Origin: Vicugna vicugna
Taxonomy: Eukaryota
NCBI GenBank assembly: GCA_013265495.1
Contig: MU058714.1
Location: 1,614,001-1,674,000 of the forward strand
Length of the DNA: 60,000 nucleotides
Direction: 5' to 3'
Notes under the pieces: generated by a model
Databases searched by the model: none
Told to the model about the DNA's origin: nothing
What the model saw: the letters and a program-made list of their open reading frames with translations, nothing else
Shown here: piece after piece, positions 1 through 13,560 of the stretch
Layout: every line of letters begins with the position of its first letter
Numbering within the stretch: the stretch's first letter is position 1
Position numbers and translations under genes: made by a program

Positions 1-3000
1 GAGAAGAAGCAGGAGGAGGCTCGGAGGAGCCCCACGCCGTCCGCGCCAGTGCCTCTGACGGAGCCCACTGTCCAGCCCGCCGAGGGCCACTCGGGCCCTG
101 CGAGTGTGGAGGTGAGGGGCTGCTCTCGGGCTGCTGCCCGCAGTCCTTGGGACGGGGACACAGGGACAGGCCAAAGGTGGAGCCCCATTCACCCTCTCGT
201 CTCTTCCAGACTCCCCTCCCGGAGATGGATCCTCAGCCTGTAACTCCCGCCGGTGGCTCCTTCAGTGAGGTAAGCTGCGGTTCCCTCCTTGGGTTAGGGG
301 AAATCTGGGTGTCCGGGAGCACAGAGTGTCAGGAGGGCCTAGTGGTGCCTGCAGTGGCCTCCTGGAGCTGGGCTTCTCCGGCTCAGAACCCTCCATCAGC
401 TCTGTCTGGGCTGGCTGTGGGCCAGAGCTCGGACACTCGCAGCCTACCCTGAATGATCGTAATACTCTCGGGCAGCCCAGAACCACCGGGACGAGTCCGG
501 GGCCTTCCTGGGGCTGTGCATTTTGTTGCCCATTGGAGTGAGAGACCAGGGCCGGGCAGCTTCTTCTCAGCCGTGCTGTGCCTGTGCTTCTGTTTCCTCA
601 CTTGTGAGCCGGGTGCTGAGGGTGCCCCTCACAGAGCTGCCGGGAGCGCCCAGTCAGGTGGGCAGCAGGCTTGGAGCTCAGTGCCTGGCAGAGCCAGACG
701 GAGGGTGCCTGCTCGGGCCTGGGCACGTAGGAGGTGCTCACCAGACCGCACTGTGCCCCCGCAGTACCAGAACGGGGAGTCGGAGGAGAGCCACGCACAG
801 TTCCTGAAGGCCCTGCAGAACGCTGTTACCACCTTCGTCAACCGCATGAAGAGCAACCACGTGCGAGGCCGCAGCATCACCAACGATTCGGCCGTGCTGT
901 CGCTCTTCCAGTCCATCAACGGCATGCACCCCCAGCTGCTCGAGCTGCTCAACCAGCTGGATGAGCGCAGGCGTAGGTGCCACGGGGCTCCGGTCAGGGG
1001 CCACTGCACCCTCTCAGGGCTGGGGTGCCTTCTGGGCCAGGCGTTGTCCGGCCGGGGGAGGCGTGGGCCTCGGGCTCCACAGCAGGCCACCCCCGTGGCA
1101 GGAAATACCCACTAAGCGCAGGCCAGCCAGCCCAGGGGAGAGAGTGTGCGCGCGTGTGTGCGTGCACGCGTGCACCCTTCCTGGAGCCCAGCTGCCCGCT
1201 GTCCTGCTGACAAGCACTCGGCAGGGCCGAGGGAGGCCCAGGCAGTGCCCGGAGCAGGTGCCCACCGCTGGGCAGCCCGTGCTTCTGGCCAATGCCAGGG
1301 TCCCCCAGCTCTGCCCTCCCCCGCAGTGTACTACGAGGGGCTGCAGGACAAGCTGGCGCAGATCCGGGACGCCCGGGGGGCCCTCAGCGCCCTGCGGGAG
1401 GAGCATCGGGAGAAGCTGCGCCGCGCGGCCGAGGAGGCGGAGCGCCAGCGCCAGATCCAGCTGGCCCAGAAGCTGGAGATCATGCGGCAGAAGAAGCAGG
1501 AATACCTGGAGGTGCAGCGGCAGCTGGCCATCCAGCGCCTGCAGGAGCAGGAGAAGGAGCGGCAGATGCGCCTGGAGCAGCAGAAGCAGACCATCCAGAT
1601 GCGGGCCCAGATGCCCGCCTTCTCCCTGCCCTATGCCCAGGCACGTGCCCAGCCTTGCCCCGTGCCCTCGGGGGACGCTGGGGACCGAGAACTGCTCTGA
1701 CGGCCTGTCTCTGTCCTCAGCTCCAGGCCATGCCCGCGGCAGGGGGCGTGCTGTACCAGCCCTCAGGCCCCGCAAGCTTCGCAGGGACCTTCAGCCCCGC
1801 GGGCTCAGTTGAGGGCTCCCCCATGCACGCCATGTACATGAGCCAGGCGGCCCCGGCCACCAGCGGCCCCTACGCCAGCATGCCCGGGGCCACAGCAGGT
1901 AATGGGCTGGCGGGCGGTGGGGGAGCCACGGAGCAGCCGAGACGAGCCCAGATCACTACCCTGTTCTCCTGTTTTCCCTCGATGTGATGTCAGACTTACT
2001 AGAAGAGCGGTTCAGAGAGGTGCTTAGGTTCCCCGGGTGTTCCCATGCCCCACCCTGCCTCTTCCCACGCGCACTCGCTTCTGGCGCAGGTTAGGGTGAG
2101 TGGCAAGCAGGGCGCCCTCTACTGTTAGAGGCTTCAGTGTGTTTCCTCAACCAGGACGCTTCCGTGTGGCCTCAGCACAGACGCCAGGCCAGGGGCTTCT
2201 CAGGCCGTGGTGCGACTGTGTTCCCCCCAGCTGGGCTCTCATGCATGGCCCGAGACACCCTTTGTGCCAACAGGAAACCTGTCAAGTGTTGTGTTCAGCT
2301 GTTCTGCCTCATTCATCTCCTTTAATCTAGAACATTCCTCAGTCTGCCTCAGGGTTCTGTGACAGACTTCCCAAAGAGCACCAGCCCCGCCATCTTGCAG
2401 ACCACCCGTCAGTTTGGGTGTCGGGTCTCCTGATGGCACACGTTGCAGGGGTCTCTCCCGTCCTCGTCAGTTTCATTTATCACCCTCTTGTGAGAACATG
2501 AAATGTGAACTTGGTTCCAAAGTCACAACGAAAAGGACAACTTAGAGGAAGGCCCCCCGCACCCCCCCACCCTCAGGGTGGGGGCTCATGCCTCCTTTCC
2601 CCTGCAGATCCCAGCATGGTGAGTGCCTACATGTACCCAGCGGGGGCCACTGGCACCCAGGCAGCCCCCCAGGGCCCCCCAGGGCCCACCGCCAGCCCAG
2701 CCTACTCGTCCTACCAGCCCACCCCTACGCAGGGGTACCAGGTAGGCGGGTGGGCCACGTCTCTCCCCACAAAGCCCCACTGTGAGGCACTTGGGCCCAG
2801 CTCTCTCCCGTTCCCCCTTCCCTCCGCAGAACGTGGCCTCCCAGGCCCCGCAGAGCCTCCCGGCCATCTCCCAGCCCCCACAGTCGGGCACCATGGGTTA
2901 CATGGGGAGCCAGTCCGTGTCCATGGGCTACCAGCCTTACAGCATGCAGGTGAGAGGCCGTGGCTGTGGGGTCAGCAGCCAGGGGCGGGCTGGGGACCCT

Positions 3001-3852
3001 TGGCAAGAGGCTGGGGGTGCACTGTCAGGCTCCGCCCTTCTCCCCACCCCATGTCCTCTCCACTGGGCTCTCTTTGCTGGTTGGCATTTGATTTTCCAAG
3101 TCAGAAATGCTGGTTCTCTGGTTTCAGAGCTCCCTTTTCAGGTTCATTTTATTCTCCACAGAACCTCATGACCACCCTCCCCAGCCAGGATGCATCTCTG
3201 CCACCCCCGCAGCAGCCCTACATCTCGGGGCAGCAGCCCATGTACCAGCAGGTGAGCCTCTCCCAGGGCCGCCATCACAGCTCATGACCCCAGGGAGGGC
3301 CGTGCTGGAAGCCAGCTCAGGCTTCGCTCTGAGCCCCCATCGGCCGCGGGGCTGCCCTGGGAAGGTGGCCAGTGCTGGCAAGGACTGCTGCTTTGCAGGC
3401 AGAACCCGACGTAAACACAGTCACACCTGGGGATGTCGAAAGCACGTGTTTACTTAAGAGCCCTAGGCCATATCAGCTCAATTCCATAGACATTAATCAG
3501 AATTTCCTGGGGTCTGTGCTCTGCTGGGGACAGGAGGACCGGGAGCCCGTGACAAGTGGAAAGAGGGAGTCAAGAGACCACCGCTGGCGCAGCCCAGGCT
3601 GGGCCTAGTTGGGGGCCTGCAGACCTGGGGCAAGGTTGGGACACAAGTGTTCTAGAAGAGCCATTAGAGGGTGGGGAGGCGGGGGCCTAGGGAGGGAAGA
3701 GGGAGGGAGGACAGACCAACAGCCCCCATGTGTCCCCCTAGATGGCGCCCTCCAGCGGCCCTCCCCAGCAGCAGCCCCCAGTGGCCCAGCAGCCACCTGC
3801 ACAGGGGCCACCGGTGCAGGGCAGCGAAGCCCAGCTCATCTCGTTTGACTGA
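1..3852 (+). CDS. HGS: Hepatocyte growth factor-regulated tyrosine kinase substrate (HRS, ESCRT-0), 3' part; 5' exons lie outside the window
   Basis: Exons <1-111, 210-269, 765-972, 1327-1640, 1721-1898, 2608-2741, 2830-2949, 3162-3251, 3742-3852 (TGA) join in frame. All introns are GT-AG except 1641-1720 (GC-AG). Translation includes PTPSAP (PSAP TSG101-binding motif), FLKALQNAVTTFVNRMKSN, the coiled coil YYEGLQDKLAQIRDARGAL, a Pro/Gln-rich tail and the C-terminal clathrin box LISFD. Confidence 0.97.
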
Positions 3853-4415
3853 CCCTAGCCGGGGAGCTCGCCATCCAGAGTAACACTACGGTTCAAACCG
3901 CTGCCTCTGTCTCTAACTAGCGTCGTCCACCCGCGTTGCTCTCTCCTCTCTTGCGTGTAGTGTCCCTGCTCCATGTGAGCTGGGGTGGTCCTTCATCCCA
4001 GGCCTCCTCCTTTGTTCTCACCTGCTGGCTCCTCCTCCCCCCAGGCCCCATCCCTGTCCCTGTCTCCGTGAGTCGGTCTGACTTCTTTCGCTAGGGCTGG
4101 GCCTCGGGTAGGAGGGTGGAAGGGAAGGACCTTCTCTGAGAGGAAGCCCCCAGCCCCCTGTGTCAGGTCTTGCGATGGCTGGCTGGAGTGGGGTCTCTGT
4201 GCCTCACAGCTCTCGCCCTCCCACCCCTACCCATGAGACCGTGGGCCTGTGACTCGTGTGAGTGCTCCCCAGAGCCCTCCAGTGTGGCCCCCCACGCTGT
4301 CAGCAGGGGTGCTCCCGGCCCTCGCAGGAAGGCCAGGGGCCTGTCTCCAGCTTCTCTGCTTCTGAGCTGTCATCTCATCCAGTGCCCTGCTCAGTAGACG
4401 GAATGGAACGGTGAT

Positions 4416-4421
4416 AATAAA
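4416..4421 (+). terminator. HGS: HGS polyadenylation signal AATAAA
   Basis: Canonical hexamer about 560 nt after the HGS stop codon and upstream of the MRPL12 promoter. Confidence 0.8.
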
Positions 4422-5635
4422 ACGTCTTTCAACAAGTATTCAAGTGTCTGCTCAGAAGGCAGGTGGAGGGCAGCCGGTCTAACTCTAGATGGGGTGCCCC
4501 CAAAGGCCAGCCTGTCCCTTGCCCCAGGCCAGTTCCACAGTCTCCACCAGTGGACGCTGGTCTGGCCTTAGCTGCAGATCTGCTCTTCCTCCCTGAGACC
4601 AAGCACCAAGGAGCTGAGCAACCATCCTGCCCATGCAGCCCTGCACTGCCCTGACTCCTGGGAGAGACTGGCAGGCCCCAGGGCTTCAGTCCGATTCTGT
4701 AATGCTGGTTAGTTGCAGCCTAGGAAAAGTGTTTAAGACAACCCTAACATTTTGAACACCTTAAGTGCCCAAACCTCTTAAGTGTCCTCCACATCAGCCC
4801 TTCTAAATAGGCACAGATAAGCTACTTGAGCTCAGGTCACAGGCAGGGCCAGGATCATAGGAACGCTGGGCAGAGGGCAGCCCTGCCTTCTCCACTCGAC
4901 CTAAAGTGGGGGGTCTGTTCCCCCTGGGCCCTTAAATCTGGGACAGCAGGGAGAGGGGGCTGCCGCTTGCATTCAAGAGCAAAAGCAGAGGACTCAAGGA
5001 GCTGGAGACACCCACGTCCAGACGTTCGGGAGCTGGACAGAGAGAGGGGGCAGCACTGCAAAGGAGGCAGAGCCCGAGCTTACAAATCCTCTTCTCCCAG
5101 GTGAAATGCTGGCCCTTCCGCCAAGGACCCCATCGGGGCTCAGCTCAGTCACAACCCTTAGCCGATTCCCGAGCTTGCTGCGGGCTGGTACTCCGGAGGG
5201 CGGCGGCCTCGCTCCCAGGGCGGCCCCGACAGGACAAAACGTGCCCGCGTGCTGCCTGGAAAAGCAGTCGCTTTAGGTACAAGAAGAAATCGAAGAGAAG
5301 GCGGCCGAGAGGACAGGGCGCTCCTCCCGCTAGGAGAGCACAAGCCGGGTCCCTGGAACAGACCTGCCGAGGAAGGGCACTGGGGACCCTCCGGCCCGCC
5401 CTGAGGCAGCGCAAACGTCACGAGCCCGGGCTCGGGGGGCAGGCGCCGCTGCGCTGTCCAACAAGGCCAGGTCCCGGCCCGTCGGAACCCGGCGCCAAGC
5501 CTCAGCCTTCTCCGGCCTTCGTTCGCCCAGCGCGCCGCGGGCCGGAGCCGGCCGAGGCCACCAACGCGGCTCTGCGCCTGCGCGGCCCGCTGCCTTGTGG
5601 GTAATCTCGAGGAGCGAGAGGAGGCAAGTCCAGGC

Positions 5636-5785
5636 GCGGCTAGAGCGTCCGCGCCCAGCTCTTAGGCCCCGCGACTCGGGCGGCTAGAGAGTCCTCCCCA
5701 GCTCATATGCTCGGCGGCTCTGGCAGCTAGAGTGTCGTCCGCAGCTCGCATGCCCCGTGGCTCGGGCGGCTAGAGCGTCCCTCCT
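5636..5785 (+). repeat. Degenerate 43-44 bp tandem repeat (4 units, core GC[G/A]GCTAGAG) in the MRPL12 promoter/5'UTR
   Basis: Units begin at 5636, 5680, 5723 and 5766: gcggctagagcgtcc, gcggctagagagtcc, gcagctagagtgtcg, gcggctagagcgtcc. The first three also share cagctc. Confidence 0.85.
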
Positions 5786-5822
5786 CCTGGGATCCGCGTG
5801 TGACCTTCCCGCCCGCGGAGCG

Positions 5823-9011
<3,189 letters not shown>

Positions 9012-9245
9012 GCCGTCCAGACGACTATGGACCGGGTCCCAGGCGCTGGGCAGGGCTCCACCTGCTCCTCGCCCCGCACCCAGGCTCAGCGGACCCACTT
9101 GCGCTGGAGCAGAACCGGGTACCCGCACCATGTGGCCAGTTCCCTTCTGGGACAGACGATGGACCTACTGAGATGGGGAGGGAGTGGCAGCCACTGCCCG
9201 TGCAAGCCCCAGGGAGGAGGACTCGAGAACCTACGGCGAGTTCAC

Positions 9246-9260
9246 GCACCCCCTGGTGGC
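9246..9260 (-). promoter_or_regulatory. Candidate CTCF site in the MRPL12 3'UTR
   Basis: Minus strand reads GCCACCAGGGGGTGC, one mismatch from the CCACCAGGGGGCGC core. Motif evidence only. Confidence 0.4.
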
Positions 9261-12200
9261 TGTTGAGAAAAATGCATTGTTCAGGCTCCGTGTGTGCTGA
9301 GTCCTGTGTTGGGGTGGGCTGTGGGTGCAGGGGTCTGTCCTCCCAGACCCATGTCAGGCAGGTGCCAACAGCAGTGTGGTGGGACTGGGCAGTGTGCATC
9401 CTGCTTGCAGGGGCAGCAGCTGCTGCATGGCTGGTACCAGATCTTCCCCCAGGAGCTGGTGTAGGGCACCTGTGGAACTCCCTGTCCTTAAACATTGGTG
9501 GTCCTTAACAGGAAATGCAGCCCCGGCCCTGGGCAGTGGGAATAAGGCCTATACCCTGGGTGGGTACAGCAGCCCCGCGAGAGACAGCCTGACAGGCTGG
9601 AGGATGTGCTCTGCAGCCCTTGAGGGTGTCATTTGCTCCCACAGGTGCTTAGAGGAGCCTTGGGGGCTGGGCCTCAGGGAGCTGCGTCTTGGAGCCAGAA
9701 GGGAAGTGAAGGAGGTGGCCTGCTGCCAGAGTGTGGCATTTACAGATGGCAGTGGCTGCCCAAGCCTACATGCCCTGCTCAGTGCCTGCCTGGCCCAAGG
9801 ACCTATGGCTTCCTTCTCTTGAGTCAGGCCCCACCTCAACCCTGCCTGGAAGGGGCAGTGGATTCCTTCCTCGCAGGCTCAGGTGGGAGACCCCTGGGGC
9901 TTGGGTGGAGGGGGCTGCAAGACGTTCTGAGTGGCCACTCTGGAGAGGCATTGTTCCTATGACCCTTGGAAGCCCGCATCCTCTGGCCTGAGTCTCCAGG
10001 CTGCCTACTCCCTGGCCCTCTCCCTTGGCCCTGTTGGAAGAATGAGCTGCAAGGTCAGCTGGGGGACCAGAAAGGGACACTGTGTCTGGGAGTGCCACGT
10101 CTGGGTGGGAGCTGCCAGGCTCCCTGGTGTGCATGCATAGCCGCCACCCCACCCCCCACCAGCTCAGTGTCCTCTCTGAGGTCTTGCTCCCTGCTGGGCC
10201 TCGTAGGAAGGGTCCAAGGAGCAGATGAGGCCACTCCCTGACCAGAGCCCCACTGGCCAAGCCTGTGGCCCCTGGCACCATCCCCAGGGGGTTAATGATT
10301 CACCATCAGCAGATCACTGGGCGTGCCTTCACTCAGCAGAGGGGACTGCGGCTACCTGGGGCTGGGTGTGGCCTGCTGGGCCTGCTGCCCTTTCCCAGGG
10401 CTCAGGGACACTCCCCAGCCCAGATCTGCATGGTCACAGGCCCCTCTGCCAGTAACCTGGGGAGGCTGCTTATGCTCTAGGCCCCCTCCCCATCTTCCCA
10501 AGGCAGCTGGGGTGAAGACTGGGGCTCCCGCAAGGATGGGGCTTTCTGTTGTCTGCTGGTCTTGCTGGGGGTGGCTGATCAAAGGTGAGGGTGGCCCTGC
10601 ACCTTGAGGGCCACCAAGCCAACCTATCCTGCCTCACTTATGGCAGACTAGGGCGGTGCTCCTGCCTGAGCTCAAAAGTCCTACCTGGAGACCCTGGGCC
10701 TTGTCTTCCTAGGCAGCATCCTGGCTCAGCCTCCTGATGGGGGTCCTGGCCCCTCCAGCTCCCCCTGACTTGCCCCAGACTGCAAGCTGCTCTTAAGTGT
10801 CTCAGACCTGGAGATAGGTGCGGTGTGCCTCTGGGGATTGCCCCGGGTCCTTGAAGCCCACTTGGCCTTGGCCCTCATGCTTGGCAGCGGGAGGCAGGCT
10901 TGCTGCGTGTCACGAGTTGCTCTCTTGGCACCCACAGAAGCCCTTATAGATCCTGATAGGAGCTGGCGTTGCACCTTTGTCCAGGCTCGCGGTCACAGGA
11001 CACAGCGGAGGCAAATCCAGGGCCCCCGCAGGTGCCTCACCTCCACAGACCTCCCCCCTATTCCAGGGGCCCCAGAAGTCTGCCAGGCCACCCATGAAGC
11101 ACGGTCCTCCCTGCCCAGGCACCAAGAGGAGATGTGTAAGGGCCACAGAGCACACACCAGCCCCCACCCAGAGGCCTGCCCGGGCAGCCCTGTTCTCAGG
11201 ACTGCACCCGCCCTCCCCTTTGCCCTCTCGGGCTTCTGCGTGAGTCTCCACGGTCCATTTGAGAAATTGGCTGGGATCTTTTTTAGTTCCTTGGCCTATA
11301 GTTTGCAAAATCCACCCCTTTCTTAAGAGGGTGTTCCAGCCTTGCATTTCCCGTGTTCCAGGGTTCCTCCCACGTCTGACTGCCTTTTCACAGCATCGCA
11401 GGTCACGGGAGTTAGGTGTCTCAGCGCCCTGCTGCTCTTGATATTTTTATGTTTGAGATATCTCTTCAGTTCCCAATCCCAAGTCTCTGGGCCCTGCCCT
11501 TCCCAATTTGGGGACGGTCTGTGTTCTGTGAGGAGCAAACCCTGGGGTCTCCCTGCCAGCACCAGGTTCAGGGCCCTGTTTTGATGATGACCCCAGTAAG
11601 GGGACAGCTGCCCCCGCCAGGGCCTGGCTCCCCGCTTCTGGGCTGTCATGGAGACCCAGGGACTCCAGAGGCTTCTGTCATCTCTGCTTCACTGCTGTGT
11701 TTGCGATGTAGTCAGGAGCCCTGACAGTGCCCTGGGGCTGATGGCAGATTCGGGCATCTTGGCTGAGTCCAAATGAGATCCAGGTGCCAGGGCAGCAGGG
11801 TCTGTGCTGGGAGTGGGCTTGGAGGACCATGGACGAAGAAGCGGCTTGCTCCTGCACCATAACAGTCAGGTCTGTTAGCGCCGGCTTTCTGAACAAACTG
11901 CTGTCTCTGGGAGTCTTGTGTGTAGCTGCTCATTGACACGTTTTTGCCTTTCCTTGTGGATCTTCGGTATGTGTCTCCCACCCTCTCTGATCTCCAGAAG
12001 CCCCTGGGCCATTTTTCTCAATCCTACTCTACCTTCCTTTCAAATAACGCAGGCTCCCAGCATGGGCGATACTACCCCCCACCCGACCCTGGGCTCCTTC
12101 ACATTTCTCCGCCTCCTTTGAGATCCATGTGGCCCTGTCCCAGAGCGGCCCTGGGGACTCAGATCTCACTGCTCGGCAGGTGCGCCTTTGGGCTAGCAGC

Positions 12201-12439
12201 ACACCTGCACTTCCGGTCAGCAGGGAGGTGGGCGTCTCCCGCTGGGGCCAGGCAGGGGCAGGCAGTTTGCTGACTGCCGCCTCCCAGGAGCCTGAGCCGT
12301 ACGCCCAGAAACTCCCTCCTGGGCCGCCCCAGGGTGGCTGCCAGGGGCTGTGTGGTCAGAGCAGGCCTGAGGCTGGCCTCGGCTAGGAGTTCTGGGAGGG
12401 GTGGGTAGGCGGAGCGGCTAGTCTCCCAATTGCCTTTGC

Positions 12440-13560
12440 CCCTAGTTTTCTTGTAACCCGCAGGTTGGCCCCTCCTGCAGCGGGACGTGTCCCAGGACGA
12501 ACCCCCGGGGCCTGCGCGGCTGGGGTGGGACACTGGGTATAAGTTCAGGGCCCCGCGGGGGCGGGGCGTTTGCGGGAGGCCGGCCTCCAGGAGGGGTCGG
12601 GGGCAGAGCGCCCAGGCCACTCGGGCCGTGACCTTCGCAGACGTGCCCTAGGCGCCGGAGTGGCCGGCGGCCAGGCCAGCGTAGGAAGGGGGCGGACGCA
12701 GGTTCCGAGGGGGAGTGGGGAGGGCTCACCCGGCAGGTTCCCCGCGGTCCGCGCGGCCTGGGCCCCGGGGGTCCCCGAGGGGGCTCGGTGGGGCCCACCC
12801 GGCTGCGGCCGCTTTAAGGCCCGGGGCCCGCCCCCGGTCTCGGGGCGGGGTCTAGCTGACCCCGCCCACCAGGCCCCGCCCCCGGGCCGCGCGGGCGCAT
12901 TGGCTGTGCCGGGCGCGGGCGGCCAGCGGCACTTTGAACCCGCGGCGGGCGGCGGCGCGGATCGGGCCGGGTTTGGCCGGGTCGGGCCGGATCGAGTCCG
13001 GTTGGGGCCGGGGAGGTGTCCGGGCTTCGGGGGCCAGGGTCGGGCGGGTGCCTGCGCTCCTCGGCGTCGGCGGCCGCGTCCGGGCCATGGCGGCCGAGGC
13101 GCGCGTGTCGCGCTGGTACTTCGGCGGGCTGGCGTCGTGCGGGGCCGCCTGCTGCACGCACCCGCTGGACCTGCTCAAGGTGAGCGCGGCGCGCGGAGGG
13201 CCTCGGGCCGGGCCCTCGCTCCCGCCCCCGTCGGGGGCCCTGCGGGCAGGCGGCGATGGAGGTGCCCCTCGGGGCCCCCATCCCACTTTGCTGCTACCTG
13301 TGTGACCTTGGGCCCGTCCCTTGGCCTCTCTGAGCCTGTTTCCCGACCCGCCCGCCGCACTTTTGCGGACACACGTTCTGCTGGGTGACACGTTGAGGGG
13401 GTGGTTCTCTGGGAGCACAGCTGTTGGCACTTGAAAAGGCGTCCGGACTTCAGCACACACCGGCACGGCCCACGCGCCCCCTCTGCCGAGCGGGTGCCCG
13501 GCACACACTGAGGGAGACAGAGGCGGGATGTGGTCGATAGCCCCTCTTAGCGGCTGCTTC
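12440..13560 (+). promoter_or_regulatory. SLC25A10 CpG-island promoter
   Basis: CpG-dense region around the ATG at 13087. GC boxes (ccccgcccc near 12874), inverted CCAAT (ATTGG near 12899) and a DR1/HNF4-like GGCACTTTGAACC near 12928-12940. Confidence 0.75.

Noticed and set aside
961..1987. Long alternative-frame and antisense ORFs over HGS exons
   Set aside because: They are shadows of GC-rich coding sequence and cross splice boundaries with no independent coding signal.
5636..5785. Repeat-spacer pattern resembling a CRISPR array
   Set aside because: This is mammalian promoter DNA with no cas genes, and the spacers resemble each other, so it is a degenerate minisatellite.
12934..13086. In-frame N-terminal extension of SLC25A10
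   Set aside because: The ORF-track start is a TTG, not an ATG. The ATG at 13087 has a strong gccATGg context and gives the expected 287-aa protein.
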